A DNA stretch of 64,000 bases from Nanoarchaeota archaeon SCGC AAA011-D5 (GTDB lineage: Archaea; Nanobdellota; Nanobdellia; Pacearchaeales; GW2011-AR1): NCBI GenBank assembly GCA_000405225.1, contig ASMP01000001.1, positions 69,191-133,190 of the forward strand. The letters are read 5' to 3'. The notes beneath the pieces were generated by a model that made no database searches, had not been told where the DNA came from, and was given only the letters and a program-made list of their open reading frames with translations. Positions 1-10,155 of this stretch are shown here, in pieces. Each line of letters opens with the position of its first letter. The stretch's first letter is position 1. The position numbers were made by a program, and so were the translations under genes.

Positions 1-367
1 CCTTATGATAATGGAAATAAGTAAATATGGATATGAAAAAAATAGTAAGCCCCATTATTATGAATATGTTCAGTAAGGGAAGGACTTCCCCAAAAGCCCA
101 AGTTTCCTGTGTGAAAGCAATAGGAACTGCAATAATAGAAGCCCCTATTATGACCTGAATCAAGTCATGAATATCAAACTCCACCACAGTCGGCCCTATA
201 AGATCTTCTAATTTTTTCTTCAACCCTCTTTTCATGGTTTTTATATGAAGGCGTGTTTTATTAATGTTTTGATGTTTTTCAATGAATACACCGCTGTAAT
301 CACATTTATGACTTAAAAGGAGTTACAAAAGAGAAAGGTTTTTAAGGGAAAAACCCTGTAAAAAGCG

Positions 368-1009
368 ATGAAAACAGGCATAAAAAAGATAGAACAATTG
401 GAAAGAGATATAACTCAAAATTTCAGTGGAAACTTCCCCATAGCAGTCCTAGACACTGGTGCGTTGATAGATATTACACGATCCATAAGACAGTACAATC
501 TTATCAATAAAAACGGAAACAGAAGTCCAAAATACGAAAGAACAACACCTTTCTTAAAATCCTTACGTTCTCAAATAGTCATAACACCTAAAACTTACCA
601 GGAGATACAAGATCATGGGAGAATGAGGCTTAATAGTCACACCCTGGAATTATCTCCTAAAGTTGTTAATTTTGCATTGGACACAATGATTAATTCTAAT
701 AGATTTATTTCTGGATTAGAATCTGAATTGGAGCTTGATCAAGCAAGATATGATGCATATTGGGCATCCAAAGAAGCTTGTAATGGAATCCATAAAAAGC
801 ATTTAGAAGGATGCTCTGAGACCGACAGAGAAATTCTCTCTACTATCGCTTATTTAAGCAGGTGTAAGATTCCTGATGGAGGAGGAAAATTGATGAGATC
901 TGTTTTGGCAATTTCTTCTGATGCACACATAATCAAAGGATCGGAGTTTTTAAAAAGAGGCTTTGATGGAAGATACTCCGCAATAGTGCCAATTTCAACT
1001 AGACATTAA
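368..1009 (+). CDS. hypothetical protein, possible PIN-domain nuclease
   Basis: 213-aa ORF. N-terminal AVLDTGALIDI and later ISSDAHII resemble PIN-domain acidic motifs. Lies 14 nt upstream of the ligase-like gene. Confidence 0.35.
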   Translation: MKTGIKKIEQLERDITQNFSGNFPIAVLDTGALIDITRSIRQYNLINKNGNRSPKYERTTPFLKSLRSQIVITPKTYQEIQDHGRMRLNSHTLELSPKVVNFALDTMINSNRFISGLESELELDQARYDAYWASKEACNGIHKKHLEGCSETDREILSTIAYLSRCKIPDGGGKLMRSVLAISSDAHIIKGSEFLKRGFDGRYSAIVPISTRH

Positions 1010-1022
1010 TTAAAAAATTAAA

Positions 1023-1850
1023 ATGGGATCAAAGCCAAATTTTGCAGAACATTTAGAGACGCCAGAGCCGGTTTTTGTAAAATATCCTGAAATTCCCCAT
1101 TTAACACAAGTTCCAGAAATCTTGGACAGTGATTCCTTGGAAGTTTATGAGAAACTTGATGGGGGAAACACTCAAGTAAGAACCCATAATAGACGAATTA
1201 TTACAGGAAGCAGGGCTAATTTTTTAAGCAGGGAGGAATATTTTAGGTTTCCTTGGTTCGGGGATTTTAATAAATGGGCAAAGTCCGACTATAGTTTCCA
1301 TAATCTTCCGGAAAATTTGATAATATATGGGGAGTTTTTATCTCCCCACACCTTAAGATACAAGCCAGAATTTGAATCCAGATTTTTTCTTATTGACCTT
1401 TATGATTTAAATAATGAAGAGTTTATTCCGTACGAGTCTGCAAGAAAAAGGTTAGAAGATGATCTTGAAATAAAAAGCATTTTATTTTTAGAGGCTCTTG
1501 CAAAAGGTAAGCAGAGCATGGCTAAAATAAAAGAACTTGCAATGGGTGAAAGCCAGTATTCTGATTATGGCAGAGAAGGAGTTGTAATCAAGGATTATTG
1601 CCATCATAGGTTTGCTAAATTATGGAGAACAAGCGTAAACCATTCAAGAAAAGGATTGTTAGTAGAAATAAATAAGACCATTTTAAGCTTACAACATACC
1701 AAACCCCTTCTTGTTCCTAGATATATTCCCGAATATCTTTCCCGGATGGTTTACAATGAACTGAAAAAAAGCGGAAGAATAGACATATCTTTGGCAGAGA
1801 TTAGCGATACTATAGAAATGGTACTAAATAAAAAACCTGCCAGAGTTTGA
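1023..1850 (+). CDS. putative ATP-dependent RNA ligase (Rnl2-like nucleotidyltransferase)
   Basis: EKLDGGN matches the KxDGxN motif I of Rnl2-type ligases. IIYGEF (motif III-like) and GREGVVIKD (motif IV EGVV) follow in the canonical order. Confidence 0.45.
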   Translation: MGSKPNFAEHLETPEPVFVKYPEIPHLTQVPEILDSDSLEVYEKLDGGNTQVRTHNRRIITGSRANFLSREEYFRFPWFGDFNKWAKSDYSFHNLPENLIIYGEFLSPHTLRYKPEFESRFFLIDLYDLNNEEFIPYESARKRLEDDLEIKSILFLEALAKGKQSMAKIKELAMGESQYSDYGREGVVIKDYCHHRFAKLWRTSVNHSRKGLLVEINKTILSLQHTKPLLVPRYIPEYLSRMVYNELKKSGRIDISLAEISDTIEMVLNKKPARV

Positions 1851-1889
1851 AGCGATTAATTTAATAAACTCGTTCTCTTTTTCTTATTT

Positions 1890-3308
1890 ATGGAGACCGG
1901 AATTGATTATGAGTCTACGGGCCTGAAATGCGGCCTTGAAATTCATCAGCAACTTGACACAATGAAGCTTTTTTGCAACTGCCCTTCTCTTTTGAGGAGA
2001 GATGGGCCTGACTTTACAGTTAAAAGAAGGCTGCATGTTGTTCCTGGAGAGAGCGGGGAAATTGACATCGCAGCAGTCCATGAAGCTTCTCTTGAAAAAG
2101 AATTTACATACGAAAGCTATGATACAACCTGCCTTGTTGAGCTTGATGAAGAGCCTCCACATACAATAAATTCCGGCGCTTTGAAAATTGCCCTGCAGAT
2201 AGCGCTTCTTCTTAACTGCAAGATCCTTCCTGTGAGCCAAATTATGAGGAAAACAGTCATCGATGGAAGTAATACCTCTGGTTTCCAGAGAACTGTCCTG
2301 ATTGCCAGAGACGGATTTGTGGAAACAAGCCACGGAAAAATAGGAATTGCAACGCTTTGCCTGGAAGAGGATTCTGCGAGGATAATAGACAAGGAAAAAA
2401 ATGTTTTCAGGCTTGACAGGCTTGGAATTCCTCTCGTGGAAATTGCGACAGCAGCAGAAATAAAAACACCGCAACAAGCGAAGGAAACGGCCTTAAAACT
2501 CGGAGAAATTTTGCGAACATTACCAGTTAAAAGAGGTCTTGGGACAATAAGGCAAGATGTTAATCTATCTGTAAAAGGAGGAAAAAGAATTGAGCTCAAA
2601 GGTTTTCAGGACATAAGAAACATAGAAAGAGCCATAGAGATAGAAGTGAAAAGGCAACACGAACTGATAAAGCGCGGAAAAAGTATCCCAGAAGTAAGGG
2701 CAGTTAATGACGATGGCTCCAGCAGATTTTTAAGACCATTGCCTGGAGCAGCAAGAATGTATCCTGAAACAGACATTCCTCTTCTAAGGGTTTCAAGGGG
2801 AATGATTGATGAAGCAAAAAAGGAGCTGTCAAGTATTAAAGAAAAAGAAGTTAAGATTGAAGGGCTGAGTGGGGAGATGTCTGCCCTATTGTTGAGAGAG
2901 AGGAAACTTGATGAGTTTAAAGAACTGCTACATATTATTAAAAATCCGCAGCTGATTGCAAAAACACTCTTGATTTTTCCAAAGGAAATAGCCTCTAAAG
3001 AAAAAAAATCATTGGTTGAAATTGAAAAAATCCTTAACAGAGATGTTTTGGGAAATGTCATGGAAAATGTCAAAAAGGGAAAAATTAAGGAGTCAGAGAC
3101 AAAACACGCTCTGGAAAATATTGCTAAGGGCAAAGGCATTGAATTTGAAAAAGTGGATGAATCAGAGCTAGAGGAAAAAATTTCCAAGATTATAAAGGAA
3201 AAGCCAGGACTTTCCGTCAATGCTTACATGGGGCTTGTTATGAAGCAGTTCAGGGGAAAAATTTCTGGAAAAGAAGTCTCGGGAATAATAAGGAAACATC
3301 TGAAATAG
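1890..3308 (+). CDS. Asp/Glu-tRNA amidotransferase catalytic subunit, GatB/GatE family
   Basis: 472 aa. GLEIHQQLDT-KLFCNCPS N-terminus typical of GatB/GatE. C-terminal YqeY-like tail (NAYMGLVMKQFRGKISGKEVSGIIRKHL). Length fits GatB better than GatE, so the subunit is not resolved. Confidence 0.75.
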   Translation: METGIDYESTGLKCGLEIHQQLDTMKLFCNCPSLLRRDGPDFTVKRRLHVVPGESGEIDIAAVHEASLEKEFTYESYDTTCLVELDEEPPHTINSGALKIALQIALLLNCKILPVSQIMRKTVIDGSNTSGFQRTVLIARDGFVETSHGKIGIATLCLEEDSARIIDKEKNVFRLDRLGIPLVEIATAAEIKTPQQAKETALKLGEILRTLPVKRGLGTIRQDVNLSVKGGKRIELKGFQDIRNIERAIEIEVKRQHELIKRGKSIPEVRAVNDDGSSRFLRPLPGAARMYPETDIPLLRVSRGMIDEAKKELSSIKEKEVKIEGLSGEMSALLLRERKLDEFKELLHIIKNPQLIAKTLLIFPKEIASKEKKSLVEIEKILNRDVLGNVMENVKKGKIKESETKHALENIAKGKGIEFEKVDESELEEKISKIIKEKPGLSVNAYMGLVMKQFRGKISGKEVSGIIRKHLK

Positions 3309-3381
3309 TCTTTGAAAAAATCTTCATAAAAAGAAAATCTTAAAAAGTCTTTTTGAATTACTTAATCACTGAAAAAAAGCC

Positions 3382-3948
3382 ATGGTTCCGAAAAAAATAT
3401 TTTTTACAAAAGGAGTTGGAAGGAATAAGGAGAAGCTTGCAAGTTTTGAATCTGCTCTTAGAGATGCAGGTATTGAAAAATATAACCTTGTTCAAGTTTC
3501 CAGTATTCTTCCCCCAGGTTGCAAAATTGTTACTAAAGATGAAGGTTTAAAGTATTTATCTCCTGGAGAAATTGTCCATCATGTTATAGCAAGAGCAGAT
3601 ACAAATGAACGTAACAGGCTCGTTGCAGTTTCTATTGGTGTTGCAATTCCTTCTGACGAAAGCCAATACGGATATCTTTCAGAACACTATTCTTATGGAC
3701 AAACCGAGGAGGTGGCTGGGGGATATGCAGAAGACCTCGCTGCTAGCATGCTTGCAACGACTCTTGGAATTGAAATTGACCCTGAAAAAGATTGGGATGA
3801 AAGAGAGCAAGAATACAAGGCTTCCGGCAAAATAATAAGAACAAGGAATATCACACAATCTGCAGAAGGTAAGGACGGGCTTTGGACCACAGTCGTCTCT
3901 GCAGCTGTTCTTCTTAACGGTCTTGAAGGAAAAACGGATAATCAATAA
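3382..3948 (+). CDS. pdaD: pyruvoyl-dependent arginine decarboxylase
   Basis: 188 aa. N-terminal [13 protein letters not shown]...VSSILPPGC is characteristic of PdaD, including the self-cleavage serine region. Confidence 0.8.
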   Translation: MVPKKIFFTKGVGRNKEKLASFESALRDAGIEKYNLVQVSSILPPGCKIVTKDEGLKYLSPGEIVHHVIARADTNERNRLVAVSIGVAIPSDESQYGYLSEHYSYGQTEEVAGGYAEDLAASMLATTLGIEIDPEKDWDEREQEYKASGKIIRTRNITQSAEGKDGLWTTVVSAAVLLNGLEGKTDNQ

Positions 3949-3980
3949 TTTAATAAATCTGTTTTCCTATTTCTAAAGGC

Positions 3981-5261
3981 ATGGAGAGAACTTATGCTTC
4001 TGACTTAGAATCAGGGAAAGAAGCCTTTCTTCAGGGATGGGTCCATGATATAAGAAGCCTTGCGAAGATGAAATTCATCCTTCTTAGAGACATGTCTGGA
4101 ATTGTCCAGTGTGTCTTAAAGCAGGACACTAAAGGATTTGATGAAGAACTTACTCTGGAAAGTGTCATAGGTGTTAAGGGAAAAGCCAAGCCCGCCAAGC
4201 TAACCAATGGAGAATTAACCAACAAAAACCTTGAACTCGAGATTTCCCAATTAGAAATTATCAGCAAGGCAGAAGAGCTTCCGATACAGGTTAATGAGAA
4301 AGGAGCTAAAGCAGAACTTCCAACAAGGCTGGATAATCGGTCTTTAGATGTAAGGAAACCAAAGATTGCAGCAATTTTTAAGATTCAGAGCACAATAATC
4401 AACGGATTCAGGGAGTTTTTTTACCAAAAAGGATTTACTGAAATACAGCCTCCAGGAATCATAGCGACAAGCACAGAGGGAGGAACAGATCTTTTTGAAG
4501 TAAAATATTTTGACAGGAAGGCATACTTGGCACAAAGTCCTCAGCTTTACAAACAGCTTGCGGCAATTTCTCTGGAAAAAGTATTCTCCACAAGTACTGT
4601 CTGGCGTGCAGAAAAACACGATACGACAAAGCACATAAATGAAATAAGGCAGATGGACATTGAAGTTGCCTTTGTTGATGACAAAGGAATCATGAAATAT
4701 CTTGAAGAAGCCATCCAGCATATGGTAAGAAAAGTTTTGAAAGAATGCAAAGAAGAATTAAAACTGCTAGAAGCAAAATTAGAAATCCCGAAGGCAAAAT
4801 ATCTTACTTACAGCGAGGCCATTACCCTTTTGAACAAGCATGGCTTTAAGCTTAAATCTGGAGATGACTTTGAACCAGAAGCTGAAAAAAAACTCTGTTC
4901 CCTTTTTCCAGACACGATAATTTTCACTTATGAATGGCCTTCAGAAATAAAGCCATTTTACATCTGGCCAAAAAATCCAGAAAAAGGCACATCAGCAGGT
5001 TTTGATGCCCTTTATGGCGGAGTTGAAATCTCTTCTGGAGGACAGAGGGTTCATGTTCCGGAAATTTTAACCAGGCAGTTAAGATTAAAAAAACTGAACC
5101 CTGAAAATTTTAAGTGGTATGTTGACGCTTTCAGATACGGAGCTCCAATACATGCCGGTTGGTCTATTGGCCTGGAACGCCTTACTCAAGCCATGTTAAA
5201 ATTACCAAATATACGCGAAGGAACTTTATTCCCAAGAGACAGGAGAAGGCTGACGCCTTAA
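3981..5261 (+). CDS. aspS: aspartyl-tRNA synthetase (archaeal type)
   Basis: Class II aaRS motifs. LAQSPQLYKQ signature, FRAE-like WRAEKH and GLERL motif 3. Confidence 0.85.
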   Translation: MERTYASDLESGKEAFLQGWVHDIRSLAKMKFILLRDMSGIVQCVLKQDTKGFDEELTLESVIGVKGKAKPAKLTNGELTNKNLELEISQLEIISKAEELPIQVNEKGAKAELPTRLDNRSLDVRKPKIAAIFKIQSTIINGFREFFYQKGFTEIQPPGIIATSTEGGTDLFEVKYFDRKAYLAQSPQLYKQLAAISLEKVFSTSTVWRAEKHDTTKHINEIRQMDIEVAFVDDKGIMKYLEEAIQHMVRKVLKECKEELKLLEAKLEIPKAKYLTYSEAITLLNKHGFKLKSGDDFEPEAEKKLCSLFPDTIIFTYEWPSEIKPFYIWPKNPEKGTSAGFDALYGGVEISSGGQRVHVPEILTRQLRLKKLNPENFKWYVDAFRYGAPIHAGWSIGLERLTQAMLKLPNIREGTLFPRDRRRLTP

Positions 5262-5262
5262 A

Positions 5263-6570
5263 ATGACAGAAAAATTCATTTCAATTTCAGAAGCATTGAA
5301 GAAGGGAAATGGAAAGGTAGCTGTGCGCGGGTGGATTTACAGAGAGCGAGGAAGCAATGAATTCAAATTCCTTGTTTTAAGAGACAGCAGTGATATAATC
5401 CAGTGCGTCCTTAAAAAAGAGAAGTTCAAGAAACAATGGGAGGAAATTGACAAGATTCAGGTTGAAACAAGCGTTGAAATTGAAGGAACAATTAAGAAAG
5501 ATTCCAGAGCACCAACCGGCTACGAAATTGATGTAGATGAGACAAAAATAATTGGTGTGAGCAAAGATTTCCCTATAAATAAAAGCCTTAATGAAGAACT
5601 TTTAGGAGACAGGAGACATCTTTGGCTTAGAAGCAGGAAGATGAATTCAATCATGAAAATCAGAGACACAGTATTAAGAGCGATGAGAGAGCATTGGCAT
5701 AAAAAAGGGTTTTATGAATATCACTCCCCCACTTTGCTCGGAATGCAGGCAGAAGGTGGAGCAACCCTTTTCAAGGTGGATTATTTTGGAAAACCGTTGT
5801 ATCTTAGCCAGACATGGCAGCTGCATGCAGAAGCAGGAATCTTTTCTCTGGAAAAAATATTCACCATACAGCCGAGTTTCCGTGCAGAAAAAAGCAAAAC
5901 ATCGAGGCATCTTACTGAATACTGGCATGCTGAGATGGAAGTTGCATGGGAAGATTTTGACTACCTTCAGGACGATGCAGAGCAGTTGATTAAGCATATT
6001 GTTGAAAAGGTTTTGCAGGAAAGAAAACCAGAGCTGGAAATTCTTGGAAGGGATTGGAAAAAATTGGAGGCAACTATCAGAAAAAAATTCCCGAGAATAA
6101 CCTATGACTATGCTTTGAAACTTCTGAAGGAAAAAAAGAAAATCAGCATTCCGTGGGGAAAAGATCTTAGAACAATAGAAGAGGATAAGCTTTCAGAACT
6201 TTACGACACTCCAATAATGGTCAGGCATTATCCTAAAATTGTAAAGGCTTTTTACATGAAAGAGGTGCCAAACACGGAAAAAGGAAAAGAAACCGTATTT
6301 GGCTTTGACATGATAGCACCTGAAGGTTATGGAGAGCTTGTCGGTGGTTCACAGAGAGAAGAAGATATTGAAAAGCTCAAGAAGAATTTGAAAGCTCAGG
6401 GAGAAGACCCAAGCAAGTATGAATTTTACTTTGACACCAGAAGATATGGTAGCGTTCCTCATGGTGGCTTTGGAATGGGTGTTGAAAGAGTGATTTCTTG
6501 GATATGCGGACTTGAAACAATAAAAGACGCTATTGCTTTCCCGAGAACGATGACAAGATGGAGTCCTTAA
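5263..6570 (+). CDS. asnS: asparaginyl-tRNA synthetase
   Basis: SFRAEKSKTSRHLTEYWHAEMEVAW and GGFGMGVERVISW closely resemble AsnRS. Starts 2 nt after aspS. Confidence 0.85.
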   Translation: MTEKFISISEALKKGNGKVAVRGWIYRERGSNEFKFLVLRDSSDIIQCVLKKEKFKKQWEEIDKIQVETSVEIEGTIKKDSRAPTGYEIDVDETKIIGVSKDFPINKSLNEELLGDRRHLWLRSRKMNSIMKIRDTVLRAMREHWHKKGFYEYHSPTLLGMQAEGGATLFKVDYFGKPLYLSQTWQLHAEAGIFSLEKIFTIQPSFRAEKSKTSRHLTEYWHAEMEVAWEDFDYLQDDAEQLIKHIVEKVLQERKPELEILGRDWKKLEATIRKKFPRITYDYALKLLKEKKKISIPWGKDLRTIEEDKLSELYDTPIMVRHYPKIVKAFYMKEVPNTEKGKETVFGFDMIAPEGYGELVGGSQREEDIEKLKKNLKAQGEDPSKYEFYFDTRRYGSVPHGGFGMGVERVISWICGLETIKDAIAFPRTMTRWSP

Positions 6571-6617
6571 AATTTTAAGATGCAAAACTCTTAAAAACTC
6601 TCGGCTTTTCCTTTTTT

Positions 6618-7283
6618 ATGAAAATGAATGGTGTGGAACTTAAATGGCTGGGACACTCTGGATTCCAGATAAAAAACCATAGAGTCATTTACATAGATCC
6701 TTACAATATCAGTGATGGATTGGAAAAAGCAGACATAGTTCTTATAACCCACAGCCATTACGATCACTGCAGTTTTGCTGATCTGGACAAGATAATCAAG
6801 GAAGGAACAAGAATAATTGCACCAGCTGCCTGCCAGAGCACTATAGCTAAATTCAAAGTTCCTCTGAAGATAGAATTGGCAGAGTCTGGCCAGGAACTTG
6901 AACTGGGAGATTTGAAGATATCAACACTTCCCTCTTATAATATAAATAAACATTTCCATCCACAATCAGAAGGTTGGGTTGGATATGTTATGAAGATTGG
7001 AGATATTATTATTTATCATTCAGGTGATACAGACCTAATTCCGGAAATGCAGAAGCTTACTGGCTACAAACAGCAGGGAAAAGAGTTCGTGGCCCTCTTA
7101 CCTGTTGGTGGCAGATTTACAATGAGTGCAGAGGAAGCTGCAGAAGCAGCTAGCATAATAAAACCCACTCTTGCAGTGCCGATGCACTGGGGCTCTATCG
7201 TGGGAACAGAGGAAGACGCAAAAGAGTTTGTGGAATTATGCAAGAAAGAAGGAATAAGAGCGGAAATTTTGGAGAAAGAATAA
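6618..7283 (+). CDS. MBL-fold metallo-hydrolase
   Basis: LITHSHYDHCS metallo-beta-lactamase metal-binding motif. Confidence 0.7.
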   Translation: MKMNGVELKWLGHSGFQIKNHRVIYIDPYNISDGLEKADIVLITHSHYDHCSFADLDKIIKEGTRIIAPAACQSTIAKFKVPLKIELAESGQELELGDLKISTLPSYNINKHFHPQSEGWVGYVMKIGDIIIYHSGDTDLIPEMQKLTGYKQQGKEFVALLPVGGRFTMSAEEAAEAASIIKPTLAVPMHWGSIVGTEEDAKEFVELCKKEGIRAEILEKE

Positions 7284-7298
7284 AATATATTAAATAAT

Positions 7299-8015
7299 TT
7301 ATTTAGAAAATTTATAAATCAATTTAAACCATTTTCTAAAAGAATCTGCAATCTCTTTGTTATTTATCATAAAGCCAGTTGGATATTTTTCTTTCCATAG
7401 AACAATTGCAACTTTATTTCCAAAAATATTAACAACAGAATTTGATACTATATCTTTAGGTAAGACTTTACCTTTAAACAAGGGTTTTTTAATTAATTTA
7501 TTTTTAATATTTTCGTTATCAAATAAGCATATAAATTTTATTCTCTTTTTTATTCTCTCTTTTTCAAAATTAGGAATAAAATAAGGCAATTCTTCAAATA
7601 TCAGACCTTTAGCATTTAAAACATAAATATCTCCATTTTCTTTTAACATCTCTAGATGTATCGTTTTTAGTCCTTCTTTTCCTTTGTATATAGAAGCATT
7701 TATTTCTTCTTTTTCTGTATTTTCTAACTGTTTTAATTTTGGCAATAAATTTTCAATAACCATTCTTTTTTCATCAATATCTTTCAATAAATTTTCCGGA
7801 CTTGAAGCCTGAAAGTATTTTTTAAAACCTTTTATTACATAACTTACTAAACCCATTTTAATCAGAATTTCTAAGCTATCATATACTCTAGATCTATGCA
7901 AACCGGAATCTTTTATTATATTCTGAGTGCCAGTTGAACCTCTTTTCAACAAGGACAAATAGACTAAAGATTGATTTTTTGTCAATCCTGCCTTTTCTAA
8001 TTCTTTTATTTCCAT
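7299..8015 (-). CDS. TrmB-family transcriptional regulator
   Basis: N-terminal winged HTH (GLTKNQSLVYLSLLKRGSTGTQNIIKDSGLHRSRVYDSLEILIKMGLV) typical of TrmB. Confidence 0.65.
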   Translation of the reverse strand: MEIKELEKAGLTKNQSLVYLSLLKRGSTGTQNIIKDSGLHRSRVYDSLEILIKMGLVSYVIKGFKKYFQASSPENLLKDIDEKRMVIENLLPKLKQLENTEKEEINASIYKGKEGLKTIHLEMLKENGDIYVLNAKGLIFEELPYFIPNFEKERIKKRIKFICLFDNENIKNKLIKKPLFKGKVLPKDIVSNSVVNIFGNKVAIVLWKEKYPTGFMINNKEIADSFRKWFKLIYKFSK

Positions 8016-8098
8016 AACATAATAGCGTTAACCCCTTTATAACTCTTTTTCTTGTAATCCTTTAAAGGAGGACAGCATTTTAAAAACTGGTTCTTTCT

Positions 8099-8569
8099 TT
8101 GGAAAATAAAATGTTTTGCCCCACTTTCCCCTTTTTTGTTCACTCTTCTAGTCTTCACTTTCAGCCTAGACATCGCTCGTCTGATTCCCGTTATATGATA
8201 TATAAAATTAAGTCAGAAGAAGAAGGAGTAGAATTATTAAACTCGGCCTTATCAAGTTTATACCAAGAACCCCCTTATATTATCAAAGGTTTTGAATATC
8301 GTGAGAAAGATAATATTCAGAAAAACCCTTTTTTTGAGCATATGGTTACAAGATCCTATGAAGAAGAAAGACTTTTCAGTTCCAAGACACATAGAACAGA
8401 AAAATTAGAGAAAGTTTTTTTAAGAGATATACTCTTAAAGGATTTTAAAGATGATGTTTATCTTGCAGTAGAATTATACAATATTGATGGACATCCTTCC
8501 TTACAAAATCTTGCCCTCACTGAATATATTTACAGAAAATTATGTTCCCCAAAAATTAAGAAAAGATAA
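8099..8569 (+). CDS. hypothetical protein
   Basis: ORF only. N-terminal 30 aa are low-complexity, so the true start may be the internal MIYKIK. Confidence 0.3.
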   Translation: MENKMFCPTFPFFVHSSSLHFQPRHRSSDSRYMIYKIKSEEEGVELLNSALSSLYQEPPYIIKGFEYREKDNIQKNPFFEHMVTRSYEEERLFSSKTHRTEKLEKVFLRDILLKDFKDDVYLAVELYNIDGHPSLQNLALTEYIYRKLCSPKIKKR

Positions 8570-8914
8570 AGAAATAGAATTTTTTATTAGTTTTAATGTC
8601 TAATTATTTCTCAAAATATTCTTAAAATATTTAATTCAACCATTCCTTTAGATAAACATAATATTTTTAAAGAAGCAGATATTGTATTTCTTATATATTT
8701 AATTTATTCTTTCGGGGGATTGAGTAAATTAAATTGAAATTGATTTCTTTGGTGATAGTTGGAAGTATATCAGCTATTTAAGTCTTTCGTGAAAACGGGA
8801 GAGGCAAGTTGATTATCACTTCTAACAAAAACATAGAGCTGTAGGTTGAAATCATAGATTTCAACTACATCTTTTGTAAACAAAGAGCTGTAAGGAGGTA
8901 AAAAACGAAAAAAG

Positions 8915-9991
8915 ATGGTATTAGATTTTGCAAGAGAAGCGGTTCAGAATGTTGCAACTCACAGCATCAACTTTGATGAGCTTAAGGCCGGAAAAGCGAA
9001 CATAAAAGTTCTCGGAGTTGGAGGAATGGGTTGCAATGCAGTGACCTGGCTTTTCAACAAAGGAATAGAAGGAGCAACTGTCTATGCTACAAACACAGAT
9101 GCCTTACACCTTAGCGTTTCAAAAGCTGATGAGAAAATTCTTCTTGGTAAAGAGTTAACTCGTGGTTTAGGGGCAGGCGGAAAGCCAAAAGTTGGAAGAG
9201 AAGCAGCAAAAGAAGCAATAGTTGATTTGAAAAAGGCTGTTGGCGGAGCAGATATGGTTTTCGTCCTTTCAGGATTGGGGGGAGGAACAGGAACAGGAGC
9301 AGCGCCAGTGATAGCTCAACTCGCTAAGGAGACAGGATCTGTTGTTATTGGTGTTGTTACGATGCCTTTTGAATCTGAAAAAGCAAGGATAGAAAAGGCA
9401 GAATGGGGCCTTCAGGAACTCAGAGAAGTCACCGATACCTGTATTGTTCTTGACAACAACAGGCTTGTAGATATTGCAGGGCAGTTGCCAATTGAGCATG
9501 CATTTGCAGTTGCAAACGAGCTTGTTTCAACAATGATAAAAGGAATTGTCGAGACAATAACACTGCCAAGCCTCATTAACCTTGATTATGCAGATGTATC
9601 TGCAATCATGAAAGGTGGCGGAGTTGCAGTCATTGGTATCGGAGAAGACGATTCCTCAGAGCGTGTCAGTCAGGCTGTACGGCAAGCACTTACACATCCT
9701 CTACTTGACGTGGATTATAAGGGCGCTACCGGAGCACTGATACACATAACCTGCGGTCCGGATTTAAAGCTTGAAGAGTTCGATGTTATCGGAAGAACTG
9801 TTTCTGAGAACTTGAGCCAAGATGCAAACGTAATCATTGGAGCAAGAATCAGCAAAGAGTTTGTAGGAAAAGTCCGTGTCATTACTATAATGACTGGTGT
9901 CAGAAGCCCATATGTATTAGGAAAGCCGGTTGAAGAGCACGCAGCACCCGCAAAGGAAATGTCTGACCTGGGAATAGAGGTTTGGAGGTAG
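8915..9991 (+). CDS. ftsZ: cell division GTPase FtsZ
   Basis: Tubulin/FtsZ signature GGGTGTGAAP. SD-like AAGGAGGT 8 nt upstream of the ATG. Confidence 0.9.
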   Translation: MVLDFAREAVQNVATHSINFDELKAGKANIKVLGVGGMGCNAVTWLFNKGIEGATVYATNTDALHLSVSKADEKILLGKELTRGLGAGGKPKVGREAAKEAIVDLKKAVGGADMVFVLSGLGGGTGTGAAPVIAQLAKETGSVVIGVVTMPFESEKARIEKAEWGLQELREVTDTCIVLDNNRLVDIAGQLPIEHAFAVANELVSTMIKGIVETITLPSLINLDYADVSAIMKGGGVAVIGIGEDDSSERVSQAVRQALTHPLLDVDYKGATGALIHITCGPDLKLEEFDVIGRTVSENLSQDANVIIGARISKEFVGKVRVITIMTGVRSPYVLGKPVEEHAAPAKEMSDLGIEVWR

Positions 9992-10036
9992 AACCAAGGT
10001 TCCACACTTACCATATTCCTGAAAAAGAGTTTTTTT

Positions 10037-10070
10037 GCTCGGGGTTTTTCCCCGGGCATTTTTATTTTTA
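10037..10070 (+). terminator. GC hairpin plus T-tract downstream of ftsZ
   Basis: GCTCGGGGTTTTTCCCCGGGC perfect stem-loop followed by ATTTTTATTTTT. Confidence 0.45.
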
Positions 10071-10088
10071 GGAATTATCCAGCCACTA

Positions 10089-10155
10089 TATTTGTTACCT
10101 TTATTAAGGAACAACGAAATAGAAACATTATAAATATCAGATTTCTAGAAAAAAC
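10089..10155 (+). promoter_or_regulatory. conserved promoter module, copy 1 (TTGTTAC-N-AACAA palindrome + BRE/TATA, leaderless)
   Basis: Near-identical to 20935-21004 and 38361-38428. TTATAAATA sits about 25 nt upstream of the ATG. Confidence 0.5.

Noticed and set aside
2117-3220. Antisense ORFs 1884-2477, 2117-2599 and 2606-3220 inside the GatB/E gene
   Set aside because: Low-complexity Ser/Phe-rich translations fully embedded in a well-supported conserved gene on the opposite strand. Typical spurious antisense ORFs in AT-rich DNA.
8590-8914. Possible structured ncRNA gene (SRP RNA or RNase P RNA) in the long AT-rich ftsZ leader
   Set aside because: The region is AT-rich without the GC-rich helices expected for SRP or RNase P RNAs. 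Only the local inverted repeat reported in the findings stands out.
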